A stretch of 64,000 nucleotides of DNA, taken from positions 29,042 through 93,041 of the forward strand of contig CAVTZA010000004.1 of the NCBI GenBank assembly GCA_963739085.1, given 5' to 3'. The translations under genes and the position numbers were made by a program. Shown here one piece after another: positions 1-8,343 of the stretch (its first letter is position 1; every line of letters begins with the position of its first letter). The stretch is from an uncultured Actinomycetes bacterium (GTDB lineage Bacteria > Actinomycetota > Thermoleophilia > Gaiellales > Gaiellaceae). The notes beneath the pieces are model-generated. The model was given only the letters and a program-made list of their open reading frames with translations, searched no databases and had not been told where the DNA came from.

Positions 1-459
1 GGGCGCTCGCAGCAGCGCGCCGAGGCACTCGGCGAGAGCGTCACCGACTCGTTCGAGGCTGCTGTGCGAGGCGCCGACGTGGTGTGCGCCTGCACGGACG
101 CCTCGTCCCCGATCCTGCGACGGGAGTGGCTCGCTCCGGGCGCGCACGTCACGTCGGTCGGCGCCTCGAAGGACGGGCCCGAGCTCGACGACGCCACGGT
201 GCGTGCCGGCGTGCTCGCGGTCGAGTCGCGCGTCGCCTTCGAGCCGTATCCAGCCGGAGCCCACGAGCTGCAGGGCCTCGATCCGGCGACCGCGGTCGAG
301 CTCGGCGAGCTGGTCGCGGGGACCCGGCCCGGGCGGACGTCCGAGGACGAGCTCACCGTCTACAAGTCGATGGGGCACGCGGCCGAGGACGCTGCCGCGG
401 CCCGGCTCGTGTACGAACGCGCGCTGCGCGAGGGAGCCGGCACCGAGGTCGACCTCTAG
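1..459 (+). CDS. ornithine cyclodeaminase / mu-crystallin family protein, C-terminal part (5' end outside window)
   Basis: Frame is open from nt 1. The sequence ...GADVVCACTDASSPIL...GAHVTSVGA...YKSMGHAAEDAAAARLVYERA is typical of the C-terminal half of OCD/mu-crystallin enzymes. Confidence 0.7.
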   Translation, partial: GRSQQRAEALGESVTDSFEAAVRGADVVCACTDASSPILRREWLAPGAHVTSVGASKDGPELDDATVRAGVLAVESRVAFEPYPAGAHELQGLDPATAVELGELVAGTRPGRTSEDELTVYKSMGHAAEDAAAARLVYERALREGAGTEVDL

Positions 460-552
460 GCCGACGGCCTTCAGCGCCCGGGACGTGAATGGCGGGGAAC
501 GCGACGATCGCGGCGGCCGTGTCCAGAGCGCGGCCGTGCTTACCATGGCCTC

Positions 553-1464
553 GTGAAGCTCCTGCTCGCCGGCGCCCTTGTCTCCCTGCTGGCCGGGGGG
601 ACGCAGCAGGCTGGATGGGTTCGCGGGCCGGCTGCGCCGGACGCACGCTCCGAGGTGGCGGCCGCCGTCGTCAACGGTGAGATCGTCGTCGTGGGCGGCT
701 TCCGCCAGGCCGGCGCCAACTCGGCCCGGGTCGACGCGTATTCGCCTGCTCGCAGGCGGTGGCGACGGCTCCCGGATCTCCCGCTCACGGTCGACCACTC
801 GAGCGCCGCGGGCTACCGCGGAAAGCTCTACGTCGCCGGCGGCTACCGCTCCGACCGGGCACCTTCGCGCGAGGCGTTCGTGTTCGACGGGCACGCGTGG
901 CGACGGCTGCCGCCGATGCCGTTCCCCCGGGCCGCTCCGGGCGCCGCGTTCTCGCGCGGGAAGCTGTACGTGATGGGCGGCGTCGGCCCGAACGGCCTCG
1001 CGAAGGCGGCGCTCGAGTTCGACCCGGCGAAACGCCGCTGGCGGACTATCCCGGGGCCCACGCCCCGCGAGCATCTCGGCGTCACGGCCGCGCGCGGACG
1101 CGTCTTCGTGGTCGCCGGCCGCACGGCGGGCTTCGACACGAACCTCGCCCTCGTCGAGGCGTATTCGCCCTCGACCGGGCGCTGGTCGCGCCTGCCCTCG
1201 GTGCCCGACACCCGCGGCGGCACCGGAGCGGCTTCCACCGGCCGCTATGTCGTCTCGATCGGCGGTGAGGAGCAGGCCGGCGCGATCAAGGAGGTCTATG
1301 CGCTAGACCTGAACACGAACCGGTGGCGGCGGCTGCCGGACCTGCCGACCCCGCGCCACGGCCTCGGAGTCGTGTACACGGGAGGCAGGGTGTACGCGGT
1401 GCTCGGCGGCCCAGTTCCGGGCCTCGCGGTCAGCTCCGCGAACGAGTCCTTGTCGTTGCGCTGA
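553..1464 (+). CDS. secreted Kelch-repeat protein
   Basis: GTG start with a signal-like N-terminus (LLLAGALVSLLAGG). Six beta-propeller-type repeats are visible (VVGGF, LYVAGGY, LYVMGGV, VFVVAGR, VVSIGGE, VYAVLGG), each followed by an R-W-R-x-LP motif. Confidence 0.75.
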   Translation: MKLLLAGALVSLLAGGTQQAGWVRGPAAPDARSEVAAAVVNGEIVVVGGFRQAGANSARVDAYSPARRRWRRLPDLPLTVDHSSAAGYRGKLYVAGGYRSDRAPSREAFVFDGHAWRRLPPMPFPRAAPGAAFSRGKLYVMGGVGPNGLAKAALEFDPAKRRWRTIPGPTPREHLGVTAARGRVFVVAGRTAGFDTNLALVEAYSPSTGRWSRLPSVPDTRGGTGAASTGRYVVSIGGEEQAGAIKEVYALDLNTNRWRRLPDLPTPRHGLGVVYTGGRVYAVLGGPVPGLAVSSANESLSLR

Positions 1465-1747
1465 GCGGAGCCAGCCCGGTCGCGACGAGCTTCCGACCGG
1501 CGAGCTCGTAGACGACGTCGACGGAGTCGTGCTTCCTGTACGTCCCGGCCAGGCCGAGGAAGATCGAGAGCCACCGGATCACGCCCAGCCGTCCCTCCTG
1601 CTCGAGCGGGCGGTTGAAGACGAGCTCGCGGCCCAGCACGTGGTAGTCCCGCCCGCGCTCCTGCGGGACCCCGTTCACGAACACCTCGAGCGGCGCGGCG
1701 ACCGCGTCGGGAAGTGCGACGCGGGATGCCTCATTAGAGGAGGTCAC
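1430..1747 (-). CDS. hypothetical protein (start uncertain)
   Basis: The C-terminal about 100 codons of ORF 1430..1957 look protein-like (PLEVFVNGVPQERGRDYHVLGRELVFNRPLEQEG...). A GTG at 1747 is preceded by AGGAGC. No family recognised. Its 3' end overlaps the Kelch gene convergently by 35 nt. Confidence 0.35.
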   Translation of the reverse strand: MTSSNEASRVALPDAVAAPLEVFVNGVPQERGRDYHVLGRELVFNRPLEQEGRLGVIRWLSIFLGLAGTYRKHDSVDVVYELAGRKLVATGLAPLSATTRTRSRS

Positions 1748-1902
1748 CTTGGAATGAGCTCCTGAGTCACCGGAACGCGCTGAACGGCGCGATGCGCCGT
1801 CCTCAGTCGCGCCCATATCTGACGATATGAACGCTCCCTGCGTCCTAGCCTCGCGCCGCCCATCGCGCCCCGGTAACGAGGACTCACCCCAAGGCGACCT
1901 CC

Positions 1903-2949
1903 ATGCGACGACCGTTCCAATGTCGACCCCGCTCCCGGCACCGTTATAGAGTGCCACCGGCTGTGCTCCGGAAGCCGCTCGCCGCCTTGATTCTCGCTGC
2001 TGCGGCGCTCGCCGTCGCGGCGCCCGCGCTCGCGGGGAACGGCGGCTTCGCGCCTGTCCCGCCCGAGTCGCCGAACGCGGAGGGGATCACGACCACCTAC
2101 TGGGTGATCGTCGTGTTCACGGGGGCGATCTTCGTGCTCGTCGAGGGGGCGCTGATCTACTTCATCGTCCGGTACCGCCGGCGCGGCCGGCCGATCGAGC
2201 TCGAAGGGCCTCAGATCCGCGGTCACAACCGCCTCGAGCTCGCGTGGACGGTGGCGCCGGTGGTGATCCTCGCGATCATCGGAGCCGTCGTCTTCTACGA
2301 GCTGCCCGGGATCCAGGACGTGCCGTCGGCGAGCGCCGCAGGCCCGAGGCTCGAGGTGCATGTGGAAGGGCGCCAGTTCTACTGGAACTTCAGGTACCCG
2401 AACGGCGTGATCGCCGTCGACCGCCTCCGCGTGCCGGTCAACCGCGTGGTGCGGCTCGAGGTGACGGCCCCGACCTACGACGTGATCCACAGCTACTGGG
2501 TGCCCGCGCTCGGCGGCAAGATCGACGCGATCCCCGGGAAGGTGAACGAGACCTGGTTCCAGGCCGACAAGCCGGGGCTCTACCGCGGACAGTGCGCCGA
2601 GCTCTGCGGGATCCAGCACGCCGCCATGCTCAACTCGGTCGAGGTGCTGCCGCAGGACGAGTTCGACCGCTGGTTCGTTCAGCAGACGCGCGAGCAGCGG
2701 AACCCGCGCGGCGAGACCGCGCTCGGGCGCGCGACCTACCGCGAGGTCTGCGCGAAGTGCCACGGCTTCCGGCGTGAGGGCCTGATCGGCCCGCCGCTCA
2801 CCGAGGCCACGGTCTCGAACACCGAGGCGCTGAAGCAGCTGCTGGCCGAGGGCCGGGGGGAAATGCCACCGGTCGGCAGGGACTGGAGCCCGGCCCAGGT
2901 CGACGCTCTGATCGCGCATCTGCAAGCGGGGAGCGAGAGTGGCGGCTAG
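1903..2949 (+). CDS. ctaC: cytochrome c oxidase subunit II with fused C-terminal cytochrome c domain (caa3-type)
   Basis: Two N-terminal TM helices. CuA region HSYWVPALGGKIDAIPG...CAELCGIQHAAM. C-terminal CAKCH haem-c motif plus GEMPPV. Confidence 0.9.
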   Translation: MRRPFQCRPRSRHRYRVPPAVLRKPLAALILAAAALAVAAPALAGNGGFAPVPPESPNAEGITTTYWVIVVFTGAIFVLVEGALIYFIVRYRRRGRPIELEGPQIRGHNRLELAWTVAPVVILAIIGAVVFYELPGIQDVPSASAAGPRLEVHVEGRQFYWNFRYPNGVIAVDRLRVPVNRVVRLEVTAPTYDVIHSYWVPALGGKIDAIPGKVNETWFQADKPGLYRGQCAELCGIQHAAMLNSVEVLPQDEFDRWFVQQTREQRNPRGETALGRATYREVCAKCHGFRREGLIGPPLTEATVSNTEALKQLLAEGRGEMPPVGRDWSPAQVDALIAHLQAGSESGG

Positions 2950-4576
2950 AGCGGAAGCGCCCTACTACACGAAGCCCTGGTACGAGGGCCGGGTCGCCGG
3001 CTGGTTCACGACCACCGACCACAAGCGGATCGGGATCCTCTACATCGTCACCAGCCTGGCGTTCTTCGCGGCCGGCGGCGTGCTCGCGCTGATCATGCGG
3101 CTGCAGCTGGCCCAGTCGGGCGAGGACATCGTCGAGCCCGACACCTACAACCAGCTCTTCACCATGCACGGCACGACCATGGTCTTCCTGGTCCTCGTGC
3201 CGATCCTGGCCGGGTTCGCCAACTACCTCGTGCCGCTGATGATCGGCGCCGCCGACATGGCGTTCCCGCGCCTGAACGCCTTCTCCTACTGGATGTTCCT
3301 GTTCGGCGGCGTCGTCCTGTACTCGAGCTGGTTCGCGTCCGGAGGCGCGCCGTCGGCGGGCTGGACGAGCTACGTGCCCCTGTCCGTGCAGACGCAGGGG
3401 ATCGGGCAGGACCTCTGGATCCTCTCGCTCCACATCCTCACGATCGCGTCCCTCGCGGGTGCGATCAACTTCATCGTGACCATCCACAACATGCGCACCG
3501 CGGGCATGACGTGGATGCGGCTGCCGCTGTTCGTCTGGTCGATCGAGGTCTACGCGCTGCTGCTCGTCGCCGTGCTGCCGGCGCTCTCAGCCGGGCTGAC
3601 GCTGCTGATCTTCGACCGGCAGCTCGACACGCACTTCTTCAAGCCGGACGAGGGCGGCAACGCGATCCTCTACCAGCACGTTTTCTGGTTCTTCGGGCAC
3701 CCCGAGGTCTACATCATGATCCTGCCGGCGATGGGGATCATCTCCGAGGTGCTCCCCGTCTTCGCGCGCAAGCCCATCTTCGGCTACACGGCGATCGCGT
3801 TCTCGACCGTCGCGATCGGCTTCTACTCCATGCTCGTGTGGGCCCACCACATGTTCACCGTCGGGCTACCCGACTTCCTGATGGGCTTCTTCATGATCAG
3901 CTCGATGATCATCGCGGTGCCGACCGGGGTGAAGATCTTCAACTGGCTCGCCACGCTCTGGCGCGGGAACATCCGCTTCGACTCGCCGATGCTGTTCGCA
4001 CTCGGCTTCCTCGGCCTGTTCACGATCGGCGGGCTGTCGGGGATCTTCGTCGCCGCCTTCCCGTTCGACTGGCAGGCCCAGGACACGTACTTCGTCGTCG
4101 CGCACCTGCACTACGTGCTCTTCGGCGGCACGGTCTTCGCGGTCTTCGCCGGCCTCTTCTACTGGTGGCCGAAGATGTTCGGCCGGCGGCTCGGCGAGAC
4201 GCTCGGCAAATGGCAGTTCTGGCTGATGATGATCGGCTTCAACCTGACCTTCTTCCCGCAGCACATGCTCGGTCTGCTCGGGATGCCGAGGCGCATCTAC
4301 ACCTACCGCAACGACTCGCTCTGGGAGGCGTACAACCTCGCCTCGACGATCGGCTCGTTCGTCATGGCGCTCGGGATCCTCCTCTTCGTCGTCAACGTGC
4401 TGCGGACGCGCCGCCGCCCCGACGCGCGCACCGGGAACGACCCGTGGCTCGCCGACACGCTCGAGTGGTTCACGACCTCGCCGCCGCCGCCGCACAACTT
4501 CGACCGCGTCCCGTACGTGACCAGCGCGCGGCCGCTGCGCGACATCCGCCGAAGGATGGCCGAGCGAGGTGTCTAA
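2939..4576 (+). CDS. ctaD: cytochrome c oxidase subunit I
   Basis: 545 aa polytopic protein with haem-copper oxidase signatures (WFFGHPEVYIMILP, WAHHMFTVG, VVAHLHYVLFGG). Overlaps ctaC by 11 nt. Confidence 0.95.
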   Translation: MAARAEAPYYTKPWYEGRVAGWFTTTDHKRIGILYIVTSLAFFAAGGVLALIMRLQLAQSGEDIVEPDTYNQLFTMHGTTMVFLVLVPILAGFANYLVPLMIGAADMAFPRLNAFSYWMFLFGGVVLYSSWFASGGAPSAGWTSYVPLSVQTQGIGQDLWILSLHILTIASLAGAINFIVTIHNMRTAGMTWMRLPLFVWSIEVYALLLVAVLPALSAGLTLLIFDRQLDTHFFKPDEGGNAILYQHVFWFFGHPEVYIMILPAMGIISEVLPVFARKPIFGYTAIAFSTVAIGFYSMLVWAHHMFTVGLPDFLMGFFMISSMIIAVPTGVKIFNWLATLWRGNIRFDSPMLFALGFLGLFTIGGLSGIFVAAFPFDWQAQDTYFVVAHLHYVLFGGTVFAVFAGLFYWWPKMFGRRLGETLGKWQFWLMMIGFNLTFFPQHMLGLLGMPRRIYTYRNDSLWEAYNLASTIGSFVMALGILLFVVNVLRTRRRPDARTGNDPWLADTLEWFTTSPPPPHNFDRVPYVTSARPLRDIRRRMAERGV

Positions 4577-5756
4577 CCTGGCTCCCGGTCCCTGGCTGCG
4601 GCTGACGGCGCTCGGCGCCGCGGCGGGGTCGCTCGTCGCGGTCGTCAGCGGCACCGTCGGCGGGGACATCCACCGTGCCGCCTCCGCGCTCGCCGTGCCG
4701 CCGCTCGTCGCGCTGATCGTGGCCGCCTGGGTCGCGCACCGCCGGCTGCTCCCTTCGGCCGTCACCGCGCTCGGGCTGTTCGCCGCCGCCGCGCTCTTCA
4801 CCGGCTCGGGTGTCCACGTGGCGCTCGCCGCGGGAGCCTTCGCCGCCTGCCTCGTCGCCGTCGCCCAGACCTTCCGCGGAGCGCCGGCACCCTCCGGCCC
4901 GTTGCGCGACTACGTGACCCTGACGAAGCCGCGGATCATGTCGCTGCTCCTGATCACGGGCGCATGCGGGATGTTCGTCGGCGCCGAAGGCGTGCCGCCG
5001 CTCGGCGACCTCGGGCTGATGCTGCTCGGGCTCGCACTCGCGTGCGGCGGGGCGAGCGCGCTCAACCACGTCCTCGACGCCGACATCGACAGGCTGATGG
5101 GCAAGCGGACGCGGGCGCGGCCGGTCGCGGCCGGCCGGGTTCCCCCGAGCCGCGCGCTGGAGTTCGGGCTCGCGCTGTCGGCGCTCTCGTTCGTGCTGCT
5201 CGCGAGCTTCGTCAACGTCCTCACCGCGACGCTGGCGCTCGTCGGCAACCTCTTCTACGTCCTCGTCTACACGCGCTGGCTGAAGCGCTCGACACCGCAG
5301 AACATCGTGATCGGCGGGGCAGCGGGCGCCGTTCCGCCGCTCGTCGGCTGGGCAGCCGCGACCGGCAACCTGACGCTGCCGGCGCTGCTCCTGTTCGCGA
5401 TCGTGTTCTTCTGGACGCCGCCGCACTTCTGGGCGCTGGCGCTGCTCATCCGCCGCGACTACGAAGCCGCCCACATCCCGATGCTCCCCGTCGTACGCGG
5501 CGAGCGCGAGACGACCCGCCAGATCGTGCTCTACTCGCTCGTGCTCGTCGCCGTGACGTTGCTGCCGGTTGTCTGGTGGACGATGGGCGTCGTCTACCTC
5601 GCATCCGCCCTCGCCCTCGGCGGCTGGTTCCTGCTCCTCGCCTGGCGCCTGCGCGCGGAGCCCACCCCGGCCCGCGCCAGCGGCCTGTTCCACTACTCCC
5701 TGGCCTACCTGGCCCTCCTTTTCATCGCCATGGCCGTCGACCCGCTGCTGACGTGA
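4569..5756 (+). CDS. ctaB: protohaem IX farnesyltransferase (haem O synthase) with about 105-aa N-terminal TM extension
   Basis: UbiA-family motifs LTKPRIM, NHVLDADIDRLMGKRTRARPV and WTPPHFWALAL. Overlaps ctaD by 8 nt. The start, and therefore the extension, is uncertain. Confidence 0.85.
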   Translation: MSNLAPGPWLRLTALGAAAGSLVAVVSGTVGGDIHRAASALAVPPLVALIVAAWVAHRRLLPSAVTALGLFAAAALFTGSGVHVALAAGAFAACLVAVAQTFRGAPAPSGPLRDYVTLTKPRIMSLLLITGACGMFVGAEGVPPLGDLGLMLLGLALACGGASALNHVLDADIDRLMGKRTRARPVAAGRVPPSRALEFGLALSALSFVLLASFVNVLTATLALVGNLFYVLVYTRWLKRSTPQNIVIGGAAGAVPPLVGWAAATGNLTLPALLLFAIVFFWTPPHFWALALLIRRDYEAAHIPMLPVVRGERETTRQIVLYSLVLVAVTLLPVVWWTMGVVYLASALALGGWFLLLAWRLRAEPTPARASGLFHYSLAYLALLFIAMAVDPLLT

Positions 5757-5926
5757 CCGAGCCCGTCCCCGAGCCGCCGCCCCCGCGCACGATGGTCGCC
5801 CCGGTCGATCCCGCGCTCGAGCTCGCGCGCAAGAACATGGCGTGGGGCTTCGCCCTGTTCGGCATCTTCCTGCTCCTCTTCGCCGGGACGGTCCTCGTAG
5901 CCTTCGTCTATCTCTGGCTGGACTAG
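5753..5926 (+). CDS. small single-TM hypothetical protein downstream of ctaB
   Basis: A GTG overlaps the ctaB stop (GTGA). About 57 codons ending WGFALFGIFLLLFAGTVLVAFVYLWLD, one clear TM helix. No family recognised. Confidence 0.35.
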   Translation: MTEPVPEPPPPRTMVAPVDPALELARKNMAWGFALFGIFLLLFAGTVLVAFVYLWLD

Positions 5927-5936
5927 AGGTCGTTTC

Positions 5937-7157
5937 GTGGCGAGGCCTCGTCGTCGGGGTGCGATGGGTGGTGCGAGCAAGGACGCAGGGAGCGTCCGTG
6001 TGGCTGGGACGCGTAGCGTGGGCGCGACTGAGGACGCCGGCTCGCGCCGCCTAGCGCGGCCCGACGGCCGGTCTCGTCGCCGCGACGGCATCACGCTGGC
6101 CGTAAAGGATCTGTTCGACACGGCAGGACTGGCGACGACCTACGGCTCGGTGATCTTCGCCGAGCACGTTCCGGAGCGGAGTGCCGAGGCCGTCGTCCGC
6201 CTCGAGGCCGGCGGCTATGCCAACGTCGGCAAGACGAACCTGCACGAGTTCGCCTACGGCGTCACCTCTCAGAACGCCCACTTCGGCACCGTGCCGAACC
6301 CGGCCGCGCCGGGGCGCATTGCGGGCGGGTCGAGCGGGGGCTCGGCGGCCGCGCTCGCCGCGGGCCTCGCCGACGCGGCGCTCGGGTCCGACTCCGGCGG
6401 CTCGATCCGGATCCCCGCCGCGTGCTGCGGCATCGTCGGCTTCAAGCCGACCTTCGACCTCGTCCCGCTCGACGGCTGCTTCCCACTCGCGCCCAGCTTC
6501 GACCACGCCGGCCCGATGGCCCGGTCGGTCGCCGACTGCACGGCGATGATGCGCGTCCTCGCGCCCGAATTCGAGCCGGAGCGCGAGGTCGCCCTGGACG
6601 AGGTCGAGGTAGGGGTCGCGTGGACGGCGCTCGCCGACCCGCTCGTGCGCACGTGCGTCGAGCGCGCCGCCGGGCACTTCCCGAAGGCGCGGCCGGCCGA
6701 CTTCCCGCTCCCCGACGGGCTCCAGCACGCGTTCATGCGCGAGGTCGCCGACGTGCACCGCAGCCTGTTTCCGGAGCGCTCCGAGGACTACGGCGAGAAC
6801 GTGCGCGCCAAGGTGCAGCGCTGCTTCGACGTGACCGAGGCAGAAGCCGAGGCATCGCGCCGATCGCGCGAGGCGTACCGCACGGCCGCGGAGAGCGCTC
6901 TCGACGGCGCCGACCTGCTCCTCGTGCCCACGCTTGCAATGGTCGCGCCGCCGGCCGACGTGGACGAGATCGACATCCGGTTGCGCGTGATCCAGCTCAC
7001 GATCCCGTTCAACGCGCTCGGGTGGCCGGCGCTGGCGCTCCCATGCGGCGCGGCTGAGGACGGCCTGCCGGCCTCCGTCCAGCTCGTGGGCCGGCCGGGC
7101 GACGACGCGCTCGTCCTCGCGGTCGGGGCGGCGCTCGAAGCCGCTCTGCGCAAGTAA
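5937..7157 (+). CDS. amidase-signature family amidase, probably 5'-truncated or chimeric
   Basis: AVKDLFDTAGLATTYGS and GGSSGGSAAALAAG amidase-signature motifs. The first about 45 codons are encoded by repeat A1. The stop TAA lies inside palindrome D1. Confidence 0.7.
   Translation: MARPRRRGAMGGASKDAGSVRVAGTRSVGATEDAGSRRLARPDGRSRRRDGITLAVKDLFDTAGLATTYGSVIFAEHVPERSAEAVVRLEAGGYANVGKTNLHEFAYGVTSQNAHFGTVPNPAAPGRIAGGSSGGSAAALAAGLADAALGSDSGGSIRIPAACCGIVGFKPTFDLVPLDGCFPLAPSFDHAGPMARSVADCTAMMRVLAPEFEPEREVALDEVEVGVAWTALADPLVRTCVERAAGHFPKARPADFPLPDGLQHAFMREVADVHRSLFPERSEDYGENVRAKVQRCFDVTEAEAEASRRSREAYRTAAESALDGADLLLVPTLAMVAPPADVDEIDIRLRVIQLTIPFNALGWPALALPCGAAEDGLPASVQLVGRPGDDALVLAVGAALEAALRK
5949..6070. 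repeat. long-hairpin intergenic repeat, family A, copy A1
   Basis: About 122 bp align almost base-for-base with 41494..41617 (cctcgtcgtcggggtgcgatggg...caaggacgcagggag...ctgggacgcgtagcgtggg...gaggacgcc...agcgcggcccgacgg). Starts just after the TAG of the preceding small ORF. Confidence 0.85.
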
Positions 7158-7171
7158 CAGACTGTTACTTG
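7151..7171. repeat. 21-bp perfect palindrome D1 (CAAGTAACAG-A-CTGTTACTTG)
   Basis: Perfect 10+1+10 palindrome. Near-identical 22-bp copies occur at 59974..59995 and 60031..60052. Confidence 0.9.
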
Positions 7172-7198
7172 GCGTCGCTCGTTCGACTGACTGCGTAG

Positions 7199-7396
7199 CA
7201 GCTGTGGGTCTCGTACAACGACGGCGCCACCTGGTCGCGGGTGACGCTGGACGACCAGGGCGGCGGCCGCTTCACGGGCGAGCTCGACCATCCGGCCAAC
7301 ACGGCGCGCAAGTACGTGTCGCTGAGGCTGGAGGCGACCGACTCGGGCGGCAGCAGCCTCAACCAGACGATCATCCGCGCCTACGGGCTCGAATGA
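7199..7396 (+). pseudogene. orphan C-terminal fragment of a peptidase-like secreted protein
   Basis: A 65-codon open frame with no upstream part reads LWVSYNDGATWSRVTLDDQGGGRFTGELDHPANTARKYVSLRLEATDSGGSSLNQTIIRAYGLE*. It resembles the C-terminal domain of large actinobacterial S8-type peptidases. An in-frame TAG lies at 7196. Confidence 0.5.
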
Positions 7397-7458
7397 TCCG
7401 AGGCTGACCTCAGATGCGGCGGCGCTCCCCCACGGGGCGCCGCCGCTTCACCCTTCTG

Positions 7459-8343
7459 TCAAGCCGCGCGAACCGCCGCTTCGTAGACGCGCTCGCGGCT
7501 GAAGGTCTCCAGCTCGGACGAGAGCAGCACGCTCGAGCTTGGCTGCTCCTCCCGCGGCTCGGGGAGCGTGCGCCCGTCCACGGCGACCGACTCCACTTCC
7601 TCCCCCGGCTCCACACCGAGCGAGATCTCGCGCTTCAGGCGCGAGCGCAGCCATCCCGCCAGCAGGTGGGCGTCCGCGGTCGGGCCCCTGACGGTGAGCT
7701 CCTGGCAGGCTCCGACCGCCGGCCAGTCGCGCGCGAGCTCGAGGCGCCAGGGCAGCGTGCGCCGCCAGACGATGTCGGAGACGGCGGTCGCACCGAAGAG
7801 CTCGGCGAGTCGCGGATACTCGGGGGCCGGATCGTCCCACTCGCGCGAGTCGACGATGAAGCGGTCGACGAACGAGGTGAGCTCCTGCAGCTCGCGGGCG
7901 CCGAAGGCCGGCCGCCCGCGCCAGCGCGAGAAGACCGGCAGGCCCGTGATCAGCAGCGGCAAGACGATGCTCGCGGGCGCCTGGGCCCGCCTGCGGCCGA
8001 GGCGCAGCTCGATGATCTCTGCAGCGACGTGGCGACGCTCGCTGCCGAGCGGATACGCGGCCACCTGAACCCGCGCGCACATGTCGTCCTCGCCGTCGAC
8101 GCCGCCCGGCACGAGCACGATCGCACGCGACGGGTGGCGCTCCGCCATGCCCTCGAGCGTCTTCCACGCGATGTCGTGCCACTCTGGCGGGACCCAGGCG
8201 ATGTGGGTCATGACGCTCGTCCGCATGTCGGGCACTCCTGTGTCGTCGCACGACTCGCGGCGCAGCACGCCAATGGCCTCCTCGATCTGAGCCACCGTGG
8301 CGTTCTCGCCGGTCCATTCCTGGAGGTGTGCGGCCGTGGCCAT
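7459..8343 (-). CDS. opcA: glucose-6-phosphate dehydrogenase assembly protein OpcA
   Basis: The protein MATAAHLQEWTGENATVAQIEEAIGVLRRES...MTHIAWVP... lies directly after zwf. Its ATG shares one nt with the zwf TGA. Confidence 0.85.
   Translation of the reverse strand: MATAAHLQEWTGENATVAQIEEAIGVLRRESCDDTGVPDMRTSVMTHIAWVPPEWHDIAWKTLEGMAERHPSRAIVLVPGGVDGEDDMCARVQVAAYPLGSERRHVAAEIIELRLGRRRAQAPASIVLPLLITGLPVFSRWRGRPAFGARELQELTSFVDRFIVDSREWDDPAPEYPRLAELFGATAVSDIVWRRTLPWRLELARDWPAVGACQELTVRGPTADAHLLAGWLRSRLKREISLGVEPGEEVESVAVDGRTLPEPREEQPSSSVLLSSELETFSRERVYEAAVRAA

Noticed and set aside
1744-5693. Large minus-strand ORFs (1744..2925, 2798..3487, 3866..4801, 4470..5693) opposite the cta genes.
   Set aside because: They have a biased Arg/Glu/Asp/His composition and no recognisable motifs, and they are fully antisense to high-confidence oxidase genes.
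7151-7171. The palindrome as a Xer/dif site or an integron attC site.
   Set aside because: The arms do not match dif-type XerC/XerD half-sites or the RYYYAAC/GTTRRRY attC cores. There are three copies in 64 kb, and no recombinase or integrase gene is nearby.
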